NCBI GenBank assembly: GCA_019237325.1
Contig: JAFAHI010000083.1
Coordinates: 1-42,404, forward strand
Reading direction: 5' to 3'
DNA: 42,404 bases
DNA from: Verrucomicrobiota bacterium
Lineage (GTDB): Bacteria; Verrucomicrobiota; Verrucomicrobiia; Chthoniobacterales; JAFAMB01
Shown here: one piece after another, positions 25,135 to 34,464 of the stretch
Layout of the letters: each line of letters begins with the position of its first letter
How positions within the stretch are numbered: the stretch's first letter is position 1
Made by a program: the position numbers and the translations under genes
The notes under the pieces: generated by a model
The model's database searches: none
What the model was told of the DNA's origin: nothing
What the model saw: only the letters and a program-made list of their open reading frames with translations

Positions 25135-26529
25135 TCACCTTTCACCTTTCACCCCTTCCGTTTCGCCGGTTGGCAGCGGCAAGCGTAGTTCGGCGATGCA
25201 GCCGACGAGGCCGTCGGTACGATTTTCCAGGGTCAGGCTGCCACCATGGGCTTCTGCGATCTGGCGGCAGAGGACTAAGCCGATACCGGATCCACTCGAT
25301 TTGGTGGTAAAGAACGGCACGAATAGGTTGGTCGGGTTAGCGATACCGCTGCCTTCGTCGATTACCTGGACCAGCCATTCAGTTTGCGATCTACACCAAA
25401 CGATTTCCACGTCATGACCTTTTTCCAGGCTGGCATCGACGGCGTTCTTGACCAGATTGATTAAGAGTTGCTCTATCTGATCTCTATCAATATTAGCCAC
25501 GGCTTTTTCCGTCGACGTTGTTTTCACGGTGAGACGCGTTTCCAAGGCAGCTACCTGGCGGATAATCGGGCCAAGCTCAACCGGTCGCAGTGTCGGCGGC
25601 GGTAGCCGGGCCAACCGGGCATAGGCGGTCATGAACCGACCTAATGCTGAGGCCCGATCCCGGATAATTGCCATTCCACCTTGAAGGTCTCTTTCCCACA
25701 ACCTCGGGCGCGTCTCCTCGTTTTGCGTGAGCAGATCACTCAAGCTCTCGGCAATCGACTGGATCGGAGCTAACGAATTGTTAATCTCATGGCCAAGGAC
25801 CCGGATCAATCTTTGCCAGGCGATCCGCTCTTCTTCGCGCAGAGCACGGCCGAGATCGGTTAGCACTAACAATTGATGCGGGCGGCCGCCTTCGCGGAAA
25901 GTTGTGCGGCGCAGCCCCCAGCGGGTTCCGGATCGCCCGGGAAAGTCTCGGTCAATGAGACGGACAGCATCGCCCGCCAGACAATCATCCAGACCTAACT
26001 CAACCGCATCGTGTCCCAGAACGTGTTCCTGCCGGCGCATCAACAAACCCGCACCTGCGGGGTTCATGAGTCGCAACTTTCCTTTCTCGTCGAATGTAAA
26101 TACGGCTATTTCGACGGCGTCGATCACCGCTTTTAACAGGGCGCTAGCCTCGGTTGCCAGTCGTCTTTCGACTAACAATTGGTCGCCCAGTGCATTGACT
26201 TCCCGCATGACTTCGCCCAGAGAATCGGCTTGGCGAGCCGCCCGCGCTCGCAATGAATAATCACCTTCGCGGAGTGCTGCCAGTAAATTCGTCAACGTGC
26301 GGATCGGAAACAGCACCTGCTGGCGGACCGCAATAACTACGGCAATCCAAATTCCTACTGCGACTACGGCGATGGTAACTCGCACCGACCACGGCCAGGT
26401 TGAATGCCAGAGCATGAACAGTGTTGCCGCGACCGCAGGCCCGCCCGCAACGAAGGTAAGAACCTGAACCGAGGTCTCAAATGGCAGGTTCCGCCAACGG
26501 AGCAACGGACGTCGGGAGGAATCGTGCAT
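25135..26529 (-). CDS. sensor histidine kinase (NtrY-like, 2 TM/HAMP/PAS)
   Basis: RVLGHEINNSLAPI, NLVKNA, DEGSGI, FVPFFTTK, GSGIGL. Confidence 0.93.
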   Translation of the reverse strand: MHDSSRRPLLRWRNLPFETSVQVLTFVAGGPAVAATLFMLWHSTWPWSVRVTIAVVAVGIWIAVVIAVRQQVLFPIRTLTNLLAALREGDYSLRARAARQADSLGEVMREVNALGDQLLVERRLATEASALLKAVIDAVEIAVFTFDEKGKLRLMNPAGAGLLMRRQEHVLGHDAVELGLDDCLAGDAVRLIDRDFPGRSGTRWGLRRTTFREGGRPHQLLVLTDLGRALREEERIAWQRLIRVLGHEINNSLAPIQSIAESLSDLLTQNEETRPRLWERDLQGGMAIIRDRASALGRFMTAYARLARLPPPTLRPVELGPIIRQVAALETRLTVKTTSTEKAVANIDRDQIEQLLINLVKNAVDASLEKGHDVEIVWCRSQTEWLVQVIDEGSGIANPTNLFVPFFTTKSSGSGIGLVLCRQIAEAHGGSLTLENRTDGLVGCIAELRLPLPTGETEGVKGER

Positions 26530-26592
26530 AGGAATAGATAATGTCACGCAAAGACGCAAAGACGCAAAGGTAGGAGAGGAATGATTGGTGAG

Positions 26593-26957
26593 AGGTGATT
26601 GGTAAGGTCGCCGAGCGAGATCGGGGTTGAACGCCTGGAGGGGAGCCGCTCTAAACCGTTGCTAAACCCACCGCGAGTTTCTCCTTATCGCAAAAAACGG
26701 CCAAACCGTTAGGCCACAGGCGGCCCCCGCGAATTACCCAGCGCGTGCCATCACCCGCTGGTAGTCCAAAAACCGTACGAGGAACCAATCGCGCATGGCA
26801 CGCGACGAAACGTTCCCGGGAGCCGCCTGCTACGGAACGTTCAGATACATGCCAAAATTTTTCGCGCGATTATACGTTTTGATTTGAGACCGGTTTAGAG
26901 CGGCTCCCCTCCAGGCGTTCAACCTCCGATCTCGCGCGGCGACCTTACCAATCACCT
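26593..26957. mobile_element. GGAGCCGC four-repeat MITE/REPIN-like element, copy A
   Basis: ~66 bp terminal IR (26593-26658 / 26891-26957) plus inner IR CAGGCGGCCCCCG...CGGGAGCCGCCTG. Confidence 0.8.
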
Positions 26958-26982
26958 TCCGATGCCTCTTAGCTATTACCTC

Positions 26983-28386
26983 TCACAGCCCATATTGCTG
27001 TAACCGCCTATAAAAGGTGCTCCGGCTCAAACCGAGGCCTTCAGCTGCCCGCCGGGCGTTACCGCCGTAGCGGTTGAGTGCTTTCTTGATTAGCAACTTT
27101 TCGATGTCCTCTAAGGTCATTTCATCGAGGCGCGATGGGTCAGAAGCTGGCTGTCCTCCGATGTCGGCCAAGCCGAGATCCGGAGGCCGGATTTGAGAAC
27201 TATCGGCCATCAGAACGGCACGTTCGATGGTGTGATCAAGCTCGCGCACGTTTCCCGGCCACCGGTGATACATGAGTGCCTTCTCGGCAGCTGGATCGAT
27301 CCCGGTGATCCGCTTAGCATACCGGCCAGCGTGACGATCTAGAAAATGTTGGGCTAACGGAACAATGTCTTCCGGGCGGTCTCGCAACGGCGGAATCTGA
27401 ATCTCGACGGTTCGCAGCCGGAAATAGAGATCTCGCCTGAACCGGCCGGCTTCAACCTCAGCGGGCAAATCGGCGTTTGTGGCTGACAAAAGCCTGACGC
27501 TCGCGCGCCGCGTTTTCGAGGAACCGAGCCGTTCAAACTCGCCACTCTCAACCGTACGCAGCAGTTTGGTTTGTTGGGAGAGCGGAATATTCCCGATCTC
27601 ATCGAGAAATAAGGTTCCTCCGTCTGCGATTTCGAAACGTCCCGCCCGCTCGTTCTTGGCGTCGGTAAAAGCCCCTTTCATGTGGCCGAACAACTCGCTC
27701 TCAAACAGATTTTCGTTCAGGCCGCCCATATTGACGGTTACGAAAGCCTTTTCCGCACGCTGACTGGCGGAATGAATCGCTCGGGCGACGATGCCTTTCC
27801 CCGTCCCGTTTTCACCGGTTACCAAGACGTTGGCATCGGAAGGCGCAATCCGCTGAATGGTCTCAACCACGGATCGCATGCCCGGCGAGTGCGCGATGAG
27901 ACCGCTGGTTGCCAATGCCGATTTTTGACTGGGAATCAATCCAGCATCCCCGCGAAGAACCTGATTTTCCGACTCTAATCGCTGGCCGCGCTGCTCGGCC
28001 GCCGAAAAGTCGACCTGCGTCCGCACGATCGCTAGGACACGTGCATTTTCCCAAGGCTTTTCAAAAAAGTCCCGGGCGCCTGTTCGCATCGCGGCGACCG
28101 CCAATTCCACGGTCGCCCACGCCGTCATCACCACGATCGGCGGAGCGCCTTCAGTCTTCTTGATCTGCGCGATGAGATCGAGACCTTCCTGGCCGCTCGT
28201 CGTATCACGAGCATAATTCAAGTCTAATAAAACTAGCGCGACCTCGGTAGTCTCTAGTGTTTCCAACACTTCTTTTGGAGAAGTCGCCAACGCAACCTCG
28301 TACCCCTCTTTCACAAGAAGAATCCGCAGGGCCTCACGGACAGCGGCTTGGTCATCGGCGATTAAAATGCGGAGTGGTCGGTTCAC
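26983..28386 (-). CDS. sigma54-dependent response regulator (REC-AAA+-HTH Fis)
   Basis: ILIADD, LLDLN, GENGTGK, ESELFGH, GAFTDA, LFLDEI, WPGNVREL, LGLSRSTFYRRL. Confidence 0.95.
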   Translation of the reverse strand: MNRPLRILIADDQAAVREALRILLVKEGYEVALATSPKEVLETLETTEVALVLLDLNYARDTTSGQEGLDLIAQIKKTEGAPPIVVMTAWATVELAVAAMRTGARDFFEKPWENARVLAIVRTQVDFSAAEQRGQRLESENQVLRGDAGLIPSQKSALATSGLIAHSPGMRSVVETIQRIAPSDANVLVTGENGTGKGIVARAIHSASQRAEKAFVTVNMGGLNENLFESELFGHMKGAFTDAKNERAGRFEIADGGTLFLDEIGNIPLSQQTKLLRTVESGEFERLGSSKTRRASVRLLSATNADLPAEVEAGRFRRDLYFRLRTVEIQIPPLRDRPEDIVPLAQHFLDRHAGRYAKRITGIDPAAEKALMYHRWPGNVRELDHTIERAVLMADSSQIRPPDLGLADIGGQPASDPSRLDEMTLEDIEKLLIKKALNRYGGNARRAAEGLGLSRSTFYRRLQQYGL

Positions 28387-28444
28387 GGGTTGCGGTTTGC
28401 GTTTGGCGTACGGCGTTTGGCGTTTGGCGTTTGGCGGCTAACAA

Positions 28445-28787
28445 TCGTCCTCGTACTCGTCGTCGTCCTCGTCCTCGAAGGCGTTGCGGTTGGACCCAGC
28501 TCTGCTGTCCGCTCTTTAGTGATTCGGGAAATAACGCTCATGTAGAAAGGGTTAATATAAAACGGGTGACGGTAGAAAGGCGCATCCGGGAAGAATTAGC
28601 AACAACTTCTCGTTGATGGCTTTTCGGTAAGGATGAGCTCCCGCTCATCCGCGGCATCGCAGATAGCCGCTTCGCGGCAAAGCCGGACGCCTCCCTTCGG
28701 GACAAAGACCTTTCCTGAGGCCTGTCCACGAAATCGACGCCACATCACTGTCGCCCTTCTCGAGGACGAGGACGAGTACGAGAACGA
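28445..28787. repeat. (CTCGTN)n-arm inverted element with ~280 bp interior
   Basis: TCGTCCTCGTACTCGTCGTCGTCCTCGTCCTCGA ... TCGAGGACGAGGACGAGTACGAGAACGA. Confidence 0.8.
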
Positions 28788-28858
28788 AGCGCCAAAGCCG
28801 AACGTCAACCGTCAACTATATCGCACATGGTACAACAGGTGCTACCATTTCTAGCCCT

Positions 28859-30232
28859 ATGGCAAAGTCCGGGACTAACGAGGAAGACGCCAGCGCTCCG
28901 GTAACAGCGGAAACCAAAGCGCCAAAATCGCCAAACGCGATCCCCGTCTATCGCGTCGGGGTACCGTTTTTAGGATCCACACATCAATTCCGCAAAAATC
29001 CATTCAAGTTCCATCTCGATGGTTATGACCGGTACGGCCCGATCTACCGCACCTGGATTGAGGGAAAAAACTGGATCGTGTTATCGGGACTGGAAGCAAA
29101 CGATTTGGTCTGGCGTAACACGGACATGTGGAGTTACCGGGAAGCGAACGCAGCGTTCGCGGAACAACTCGGCCCGGGTCACGTAACCCAATTGGATGGA
29201 GATCCTCACAAAAAGAGGCGGCAGCAGCTCAAGCCCGGATTCAAAATGGAAGCGGTGATGCGCTATTTGCCCCAAATGAATCACGCGGCAGCAGAGCTTT
29301 TGCCGGCGATGTGTGAGCAGCCAATTAATATCACCGATGCTTTCGCGGAACTGATTCTGATGACCACCGCGCGGACCACTTTCCGTTGCGAGTTATCACC
29401 TGAAATGGTCAAGACCATGAGCCATTGGGAACATGATTTTATCTATGGGACCAGCCTAAGATGGCGACGCCATTTTTATTACAGACGGCCGATCTATCGC
29501 CGGATGAAGCAGCAGGTCTTCGCTGAATTGGAACGAATCTTGGACGAACGCCTGCAATCAAAAGAAGAGCCGGACGATAACCTAACCGCGATTATCAAAG
29601 CAAGCAGAGAAGCCGGCCAGCCCGTGAGTCGCTGGGAACTAATCAACACGATTTATCTGATCCTGCTCGCCGGTATTCATAATACTTCGAATCTGATCCA
29701 TTGGTGCTTGCTCTATTTATGCAGTGACCTCGCCTGGACCGAAGAGCTGCGCGACGAGCTCACGCAATGGGATACCGCTAATTTCAAAGGGATGAACCAA
29801 TTCCCGAGATTGAAAGCTACCATTCAAGAGGTTCAACGGTTACGCCCCGGCGCGATAATTCATCGGTTAACAGCAGCGCGAGATTTCGAATTTGGTGGTT
29901 ACTCAGTTCCGCGGGGCGCCGAGATCATCCATGTTAACACGCTGGTACATTTCCTCGAATCGGTATACGAGGAACCTTTCAAATTCAATCCAAGGCGTTA
30001 CCTGAACGGACACACGTATCCTCCGAAAACGAACGGATTCTTCGGCGGGGGGACGCATATTTGTTTGGGAATGAACCTGGCAATGGTGCATACTCCGATC
30101 ATCTTGGCCAATGTGATTCGCGACTATGAATATCGTTTCGTGTCGGATCCAACGATGCAGGTTCGGATTGGCCTCGGGCAAAATCAGATTAGGAATCAGA
30201 TACCAGCCGTGTTTACTCGGACTAGGGCGTGA
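28859..30232 (+). CDS. cytochrome P450
   Basis: EVQR (ExxR), FNPRRY, FGGGTHICLG heme Cys; I-helix LLAGIHNT. Confidence 0.95.
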   Translation: MAKSGTNEEDASAPVTAETKAPKSPNAIPVYRVGVPFLGSTHQFRKNPFKFHLDGYDRYGPIYRTWIEGKNWIVLSGLEANDLVWRNTDMWSYREANAAFAEQLGPGHVTQLDGDPHKKRRQQLKPGFKMEAVMRYLPQMNHAAAELLPAMCEQPINITDAFAELILMTTARTTFRCELSPEMVKTMSHWEHDFIYGTSLRWRRHFYYRRPIYRRMKQQVFAELERILDERLQSKEEPDDNLTAIIKASREAGQPVSRWELINTIYLILLAGIHNTSNLIHWCLLYLCSDLAWTEELRDELTQWDTANFKGMNQFPRLKATIQEVQRLRPGAIIHRLTAARDFEFGGYSVPRGAEIIHVNTLVHFLESVYEEPFKFNPRRYLNGHTYPPKTNGFFGGGTHICLGMNLAMVHTPIILANVIRDYEYRFVSDPTMQVRIGLGQNQIRNQIPAVFTRTRA

Positions 30233-30444
30233 TATGCCTTCGGATTAAGCGCTGGGGAGGAGATTAATATCCGCAGATTACGCAGATTTCGGCTTTGTGG
30301 CGTATTCGAAGGAATGGGACCGGGGAATGATGTGGGCTTCGGATCAATCGCTTGTTGCTCCCAGATCCTCGATCTTTGGGTTATGTGAACGTCCTCTCTT
30401 GAGCTTGCGCAGCTGCCGACCAAACGAGCCGTTCGTGTTGGAGG

Positions 30445-30573
30445 CTTTCTGGACCCGAAGTTGATCAATAGGGCGCGCTCTCGGCTAGAAGCTTTTAAGT
30501 AGTTCAACACTTGGGCGACTTCGCCATCACCAATCCGGGTCAGCGCCTTTAGCTCAACAATGACATCCTCGTC
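30445..30573 (-). pseudogene. C-terminal remnant of a GxxExxY-family (PD-(D/E)xK-like) protein
   Basis: Translates EDVIVELKALTRIGDGEVAQVLNYLKASSRERALLINFGS; N-terminal half absent; CGCAGATTACGCAGATT arm at ~30271. Confidence 0.8.
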
Positions 30574-30609
30574 TTTCGTGAGCTCAGGATTCTTTCGTCT
30601 ACAGTAGCT

Positions 30610-31359
30610 TTAGACGCTCAGCCGATTTACGTCTTTATAATAGAGATATCGGGCCGGCGTTTTTCCCATGGCAACAAACCATTGGCGGCAATAGGGCGCC
30701 ATCCAGATACAATCGCCTGCGGTTACCGGGTACCAATTGTCTTCCAATCTATAGACACCGGTCCCCGCTAACATTAGCAGGCCATGCTCCATAATATGCG
30801 TCTCGACAAAGGGTAGATGTGCACCCGCTTGATAATTGAAGATGTTTACAGCCAGGTCATAGGAGAGGCCATCTGGCAATAGGACCTGCAAGCGGGCAGA
30901 TTCGTCTCCGAGAAAAGGCTGACCCGCTATATCTTGCTCGCGGCCAAAGAGAATTCCGGGTTCCGGGACTCCCGGCAACGCGACATATCTTTTGAGAAAG
31001 ATGTGAACCCGGGTCCCCGGGACAGGTTCAGTTAATGACCAGGGTGTGACCGCAGGAACAAAAAGGAATTGCCCAGCCGAAAGGGTTTTTCTTTCGCCCT
31101 TCGCCTGTGCGGTCACTGCACCTTCCAAGACGTAGGCGAATGCTTCGATCTGGCTATCTGGAAATTCTGCCCGACCATCTTGATTAAAAGTGACGGTTAG
31201 CTCGGTGAACCCGGCTCCCATCACCGGAGAGATCAACACAACGGTCGTGCCGCCGGTTACTCCCGGTAGAGTACTCACGACGTGTCCATCCGGGGCGATG
31301 AGAGCGTGACGCTGCCCGACAAAGGTACGGGTTGTGCCAAAGAGAAGGTTCGAAAACAT
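30610..31359 (-). CDS. allE: (S)-ureidoglycine aminohydrolase (bicupin)
   Basis: HALIAPDGHV, VLISPVMGAGF, LPFVETHIMEHGL, GDCIWMAPYCRQWF, YLYYKDVNR. Confidence 0.9.
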   Translation of the reverse strand: MFSNLLFGTTRTFVGQRHALIAPDGHVVSTLPGVTGGTTVVLISPVMGAGFTELTVTFNQDGRAEFPDSQIEAFAYVLEGAVTAQAKGERKTLSAGQFLFVPAVTPWSLTEPVPGTRVHIFLKRYVALPGVPEPGILFGREQDIAGQPFLGDESARLQVLLPDGLSYDLAVNIFNYQAGAHLPFVETHIMEHGLLMLAGTGVYRLEDNWYPVTAGDCIWMAPYCRQWFVAMGKTPARYLYYKDVNRLSV

Positions 31360-31414
31360 ACGGTTTACATGAGTCCCACAGATTACACGAATCAGGTGGC
31401 GCGGCGAGATCGGT

Positions 31415-31688
31415 CTGGAGGGGAGCCGCTTTGGCACGTACCGGACGATTACGCGAAATTCGTCCTATCGCTCGACCTGGCCACAAAACGTCGCAGCTAG
31501 CGGCTCCCGGAAACTACCCAGCGCGATGCAGCTCTATGAGTCGGTGTAAACGAATCGAAGGCTATGGGTAATACATCACGTTGGGACGTTCGCGGGAGCC
31601 GCCTGTTTTCATAAGTTTTCGGCGGGATCAGCGTTGAGGCGAATTTTGCGAGGGCGACGGAGCACGCGCCAAAGCGGCTCCCCTCCAG
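31415..31688. mobile_element. GGAGCCGC four-repeat element, copy B
   Basis: CTGGAGGGGAGCCGCTTTGGC ... GCCAAAGCGGCTCCCCTCCAG; inner GCGGCTCCCG ... CGGGAGCCGC. Confidence 0.8.
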
Positions 31689-31705
31689 GCGATAGACCAA
31701 ACACA

Positions 31706-33499
31706 TTAATTTGCCCCCTCGAACAGCGGCACAATCTTCATCGCTGGGCACAGAACTAGCCCCTTGTCCGTGAGTCTTATTTCCGGAATGACCGACAAGG
31801 GGAGGAGGTTGAAGCCCATATAGGGCAATCGGCAACCGACTTCGTTCCACACTTTCTTTAGCGCGGTGGTTTCAGCGGCGACCTGGCCGGCTCGAGCATC
31901 CGAAAGCAGACCAGCAATCGGTAGCCGAACCGATGCCAGGATCCGGCCCGCGCGTACGATACAAATACCGCCTTGCGACTCCTGCATGAACTCTAAGACT
32001 ATTTTCATGTCGCCCTCATTTGTCCCAGCTATCACGATGTTGTGAGCGTCATGCCCGACCGAACTACCCACTGCGGCATCGATTAATCCGAAGTTTTTCA
32101 ATAGCCCAAACGCAGTCGATCCAGTTTTCCCATGCCGTTCAACCACAGTCAGGAAACAGGCATTTTCGCGAGTCAGGAACGAGGCCCAATCTCGAGCCGG
32201 CTCTACCTCAAGTCGCTCATGCTTGGTTGGAATGTTCGCTCCCTCTAACGCGATAAAATTAACTCGGACTCTATCCGTTGGTAAGACTGGGACCAGCGAC
32301 CGCGCGGTGTTAACCGTTACGGTCTGGGATGATCGCTTTGGGTACTGATAGCGACGCGCCAACGCCTGTTCGAGTCGCGAGGTCGGTTTCTTATCTTGGA
32401 CGACCAATTGTCCGCCATACCAGGTGTTCTTTGGCTCAAGATTGTCGTCCAACAGAACCACATCTGCTCTCCGCGCCGCGCCCAATCCGCCCAATTCACC
32501 ATCCATTGAGTACCGAGTTGCAGGATGGAGAGAGCCGCAACTCCAGGCAGTGACTGGCTGCAGCCCGCTGTGTACCGCTTGCCGGACGACCCAATCGAGC
32601 CCGAAAACAAAAAGATCGTCCGCGTCTCGATCGTCGGTGCAAACGCACACTCGCTTCGGATTCGCGCCGAGCTCAGTCACCGCCTTGATCGCGTGTGGCA
32701 GACTGTGCCAAGGCGTGGTCGGAGGACCGCCTCTTAGAAACACCCACATCCCTGCTTCTAGCAAGTCGTTGGCGATTTCGCGGTCGATCGCTTCATGGAT
32801 GTCGGTGATACCCGAGGCGGCATAAGCCACCACAAATGGCCGCCCATAAATGTGACCGCAAACAGGTAAGCCGCGACCCAGAGCCTCTGCTAAAATCGCG
32901 TGACTCCGTTCATCGGCTTTGACTACCTGGATGAAATCCATTTTTTCGCCGAGCGCGACTGCTTCGGGCCATTCATCAAAGATCGCGCCAATTTTCGCCG
33001 GAGTTAGGTCTCCCCCAGCGGTTTCGAGTCCGGCATGCGTGGCTGGAATGGTGCTTGGCAATGTTAGGAAGATGTTGAGCGGCGCTTGCCTCGCGTCTTC
33101 TAGCATCCAGATCAAACCATCCGTATCGCAAACGTTACCGATCTCGTGACTATCGCAGAAAATGGTGGTGGTACCGTTGATGAGCGCGGCTTCGGCATAG
33201 GCGCATGCTGTCATCATGCTGCTCTCGATGTGGATGTGCGGATCCACCAAACCCGGCGCCAAGATCCCTCCATGAGCATCATAAACGTCGACTTCAGGAA
33301 ATCGGCAGCTGCCGGCGGGTTTCACGGCCGCGATCCTGCCCCGGCTGATCCAAAGTTCTTGATCCGGCAACCAACGCTCAGTGTAAACGGAAAGAACGCG
33401 CCCGCCAGAAATTACCGAATCAGGCGCGCTTCTTTCTGAAGCGACGTCTGCTAAATGGCGGGTTACTTGTGCCAGAGGTGGAACATCGAAACGGGTCAT
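31706..33499 (-). CDS. ade: adenine deaminase
   Basis: [54 protein letters not shown]. Confidence 0.92.
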   Translation of the reverse strand: MTRFDVPPLAQVTRHLADVASERSAPDSVISGGRVLSVYTERWLPDQELWISRGRIAAVKPAGSCRFPEVDVYDAHGGILAPGLVDPHIHIESSMMTACAYAEAALINGTTTIFCDSHEIGNVCDTDGLIWMLEDARQAPLNIFLTLPSTIPATHAGLETAGGDLTPAKIGAIFDEWPEAVALGEKMDFIQVVKADERSHAILAEALGRGLPVCGHIYGRPFVVAYAASGITDIHEAIDREIANDLLEAGMWVFLRGGPPTTPWHSLPHAIKAVTELGANPKRVCVCTDDRDADDLFVFGLDWVVRQAVHSGLQPVTAWSCGSLHPATRYSMDGELGGLGAARRADVVLLDDNLEPKNTWYGGQLVVQDKKPTSRLEQALARRYQYPKRSSQTVTVNTARSLVPVLPTDRVRVNFIALEGANIPTKHERLEVEPARDWASFLTRENACFLTVVERHGKTGSTAFGLLKNFGLIDAAVGSSVGHDAHNIVIAGTNEGDMKIVLEFMQESQGGICIVRAGRILASVRLPIAGLLSDARAGQVAAETTALKKVWNEVGCRLPYMGFNLLPLSVIPEIRLTDKGLVLCPAMKIVPLFEGAN

Positions 33500-33623
33500 G
33501 GAGAAGTGAAAAATAATCAGTAAACAGTAATCAGTGTCAACGGCTTGGCTGCGGCGCGGTCAATAAGATCGGCTTCTAGAGCATGCGTGCGGTCGAAGCA
33601 GCTTTGGTACCAAGATCGTCCCG

Positions 33624-34001
33624 TGGAGCGTGCTTCGCTTGTGAGGCCGCTGGAGTTTGGATATTTTGTTCTGCAAGGGGTAGCTCCGGAGGAGCGAAAT
33701 CTTTATAGCTATCGAGCCTATAAATTAGCGACCTAGCTCCGTAGGAGCGCCATATATGGGATTCCGCGCGGCTTTGGGTGATTGGTTTCCGCGCCGACAT
33801 GCTCCATCATAAATTAGGCCTTGCTCGATTTGTGGAGATTCCAACGCTCTGTGCCGCTGCACGATCACAACTCGATGTCGCTCCTACGGAGCTAACCGCA
33901 ATTTAGGGCATGGATAACTATAAATATTTTGCTCCTACGGAGCAGGATTTTCGCCATGCAAATGTCCAAACTCCAGTGCATCGCAAGCGAGGCGCGCTCC
34001 A
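33624..34001. repeat. GCTCCGTAGGAGC four-unit element inside CTGGAGTTTGGA terminal IRs
   Basis: Units at 33683, 33736, 33880, 33931; outer IR 33624-33666 / 33960-34001. Confidence 0.85.
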
Positions 34002-34049
34002 GCTTCGCGTTGTTGACGACGCTGACGGCGTCGATAAAATCGGCGTCTT

Positions 34050-34412
34050 ATGGAAGTGATCAATCGTAACTCCGTGGCGGCTTTTTTAGGACCCGATGGA
34101 GCCACTATCCGAGAACTTGCCGCAAGCCGGAACTCATCCGCGCGAAAGCAGAGCTTAGCAGAGGCAACCATTCCAGTCGGTGGAACTGTCACCGAGCATT
34201 TTCACAGAACTACAGAGGAGTTCTATTATATCCTCAGTGGAACCGGGCTCATGAAGATTGAGGGTGAAGAGAGAGAGGTGGGGCCGGGAGATACTGTTGT
34301 TATCGTCCCGGGGCAACACCACAAGATCACGAACAACGGTCGGATTCCTTTGGTTCTGCTAGCGTGCTGTTCACCCGAATGGACAGCGGGAGATAATATA
34401 CTGGTTGAGTAA
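34050..34412 (+). CDS. cupin domain protein
   Basis: SLAEATIPVG, HFHRTTEEFYYILSGTG, PGQHHKI. Confidence 0.88.
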   Translation: MEVINRNSVAAFLGPDGATIRELAASRNSSARKQSLAEATIPVGGTVTEHFHRTTEEFYYILSGTGLMKIEGEEREVGPGDTVVIVPGQHHKITNNGRIPLVLLACCSPEWTAGDNILVE

Positions 34413-34464
34413 ACGGCACGGGAGCAGCTGTCACTTCCGACCTGATTCTCGCCGTTCGGACTTT

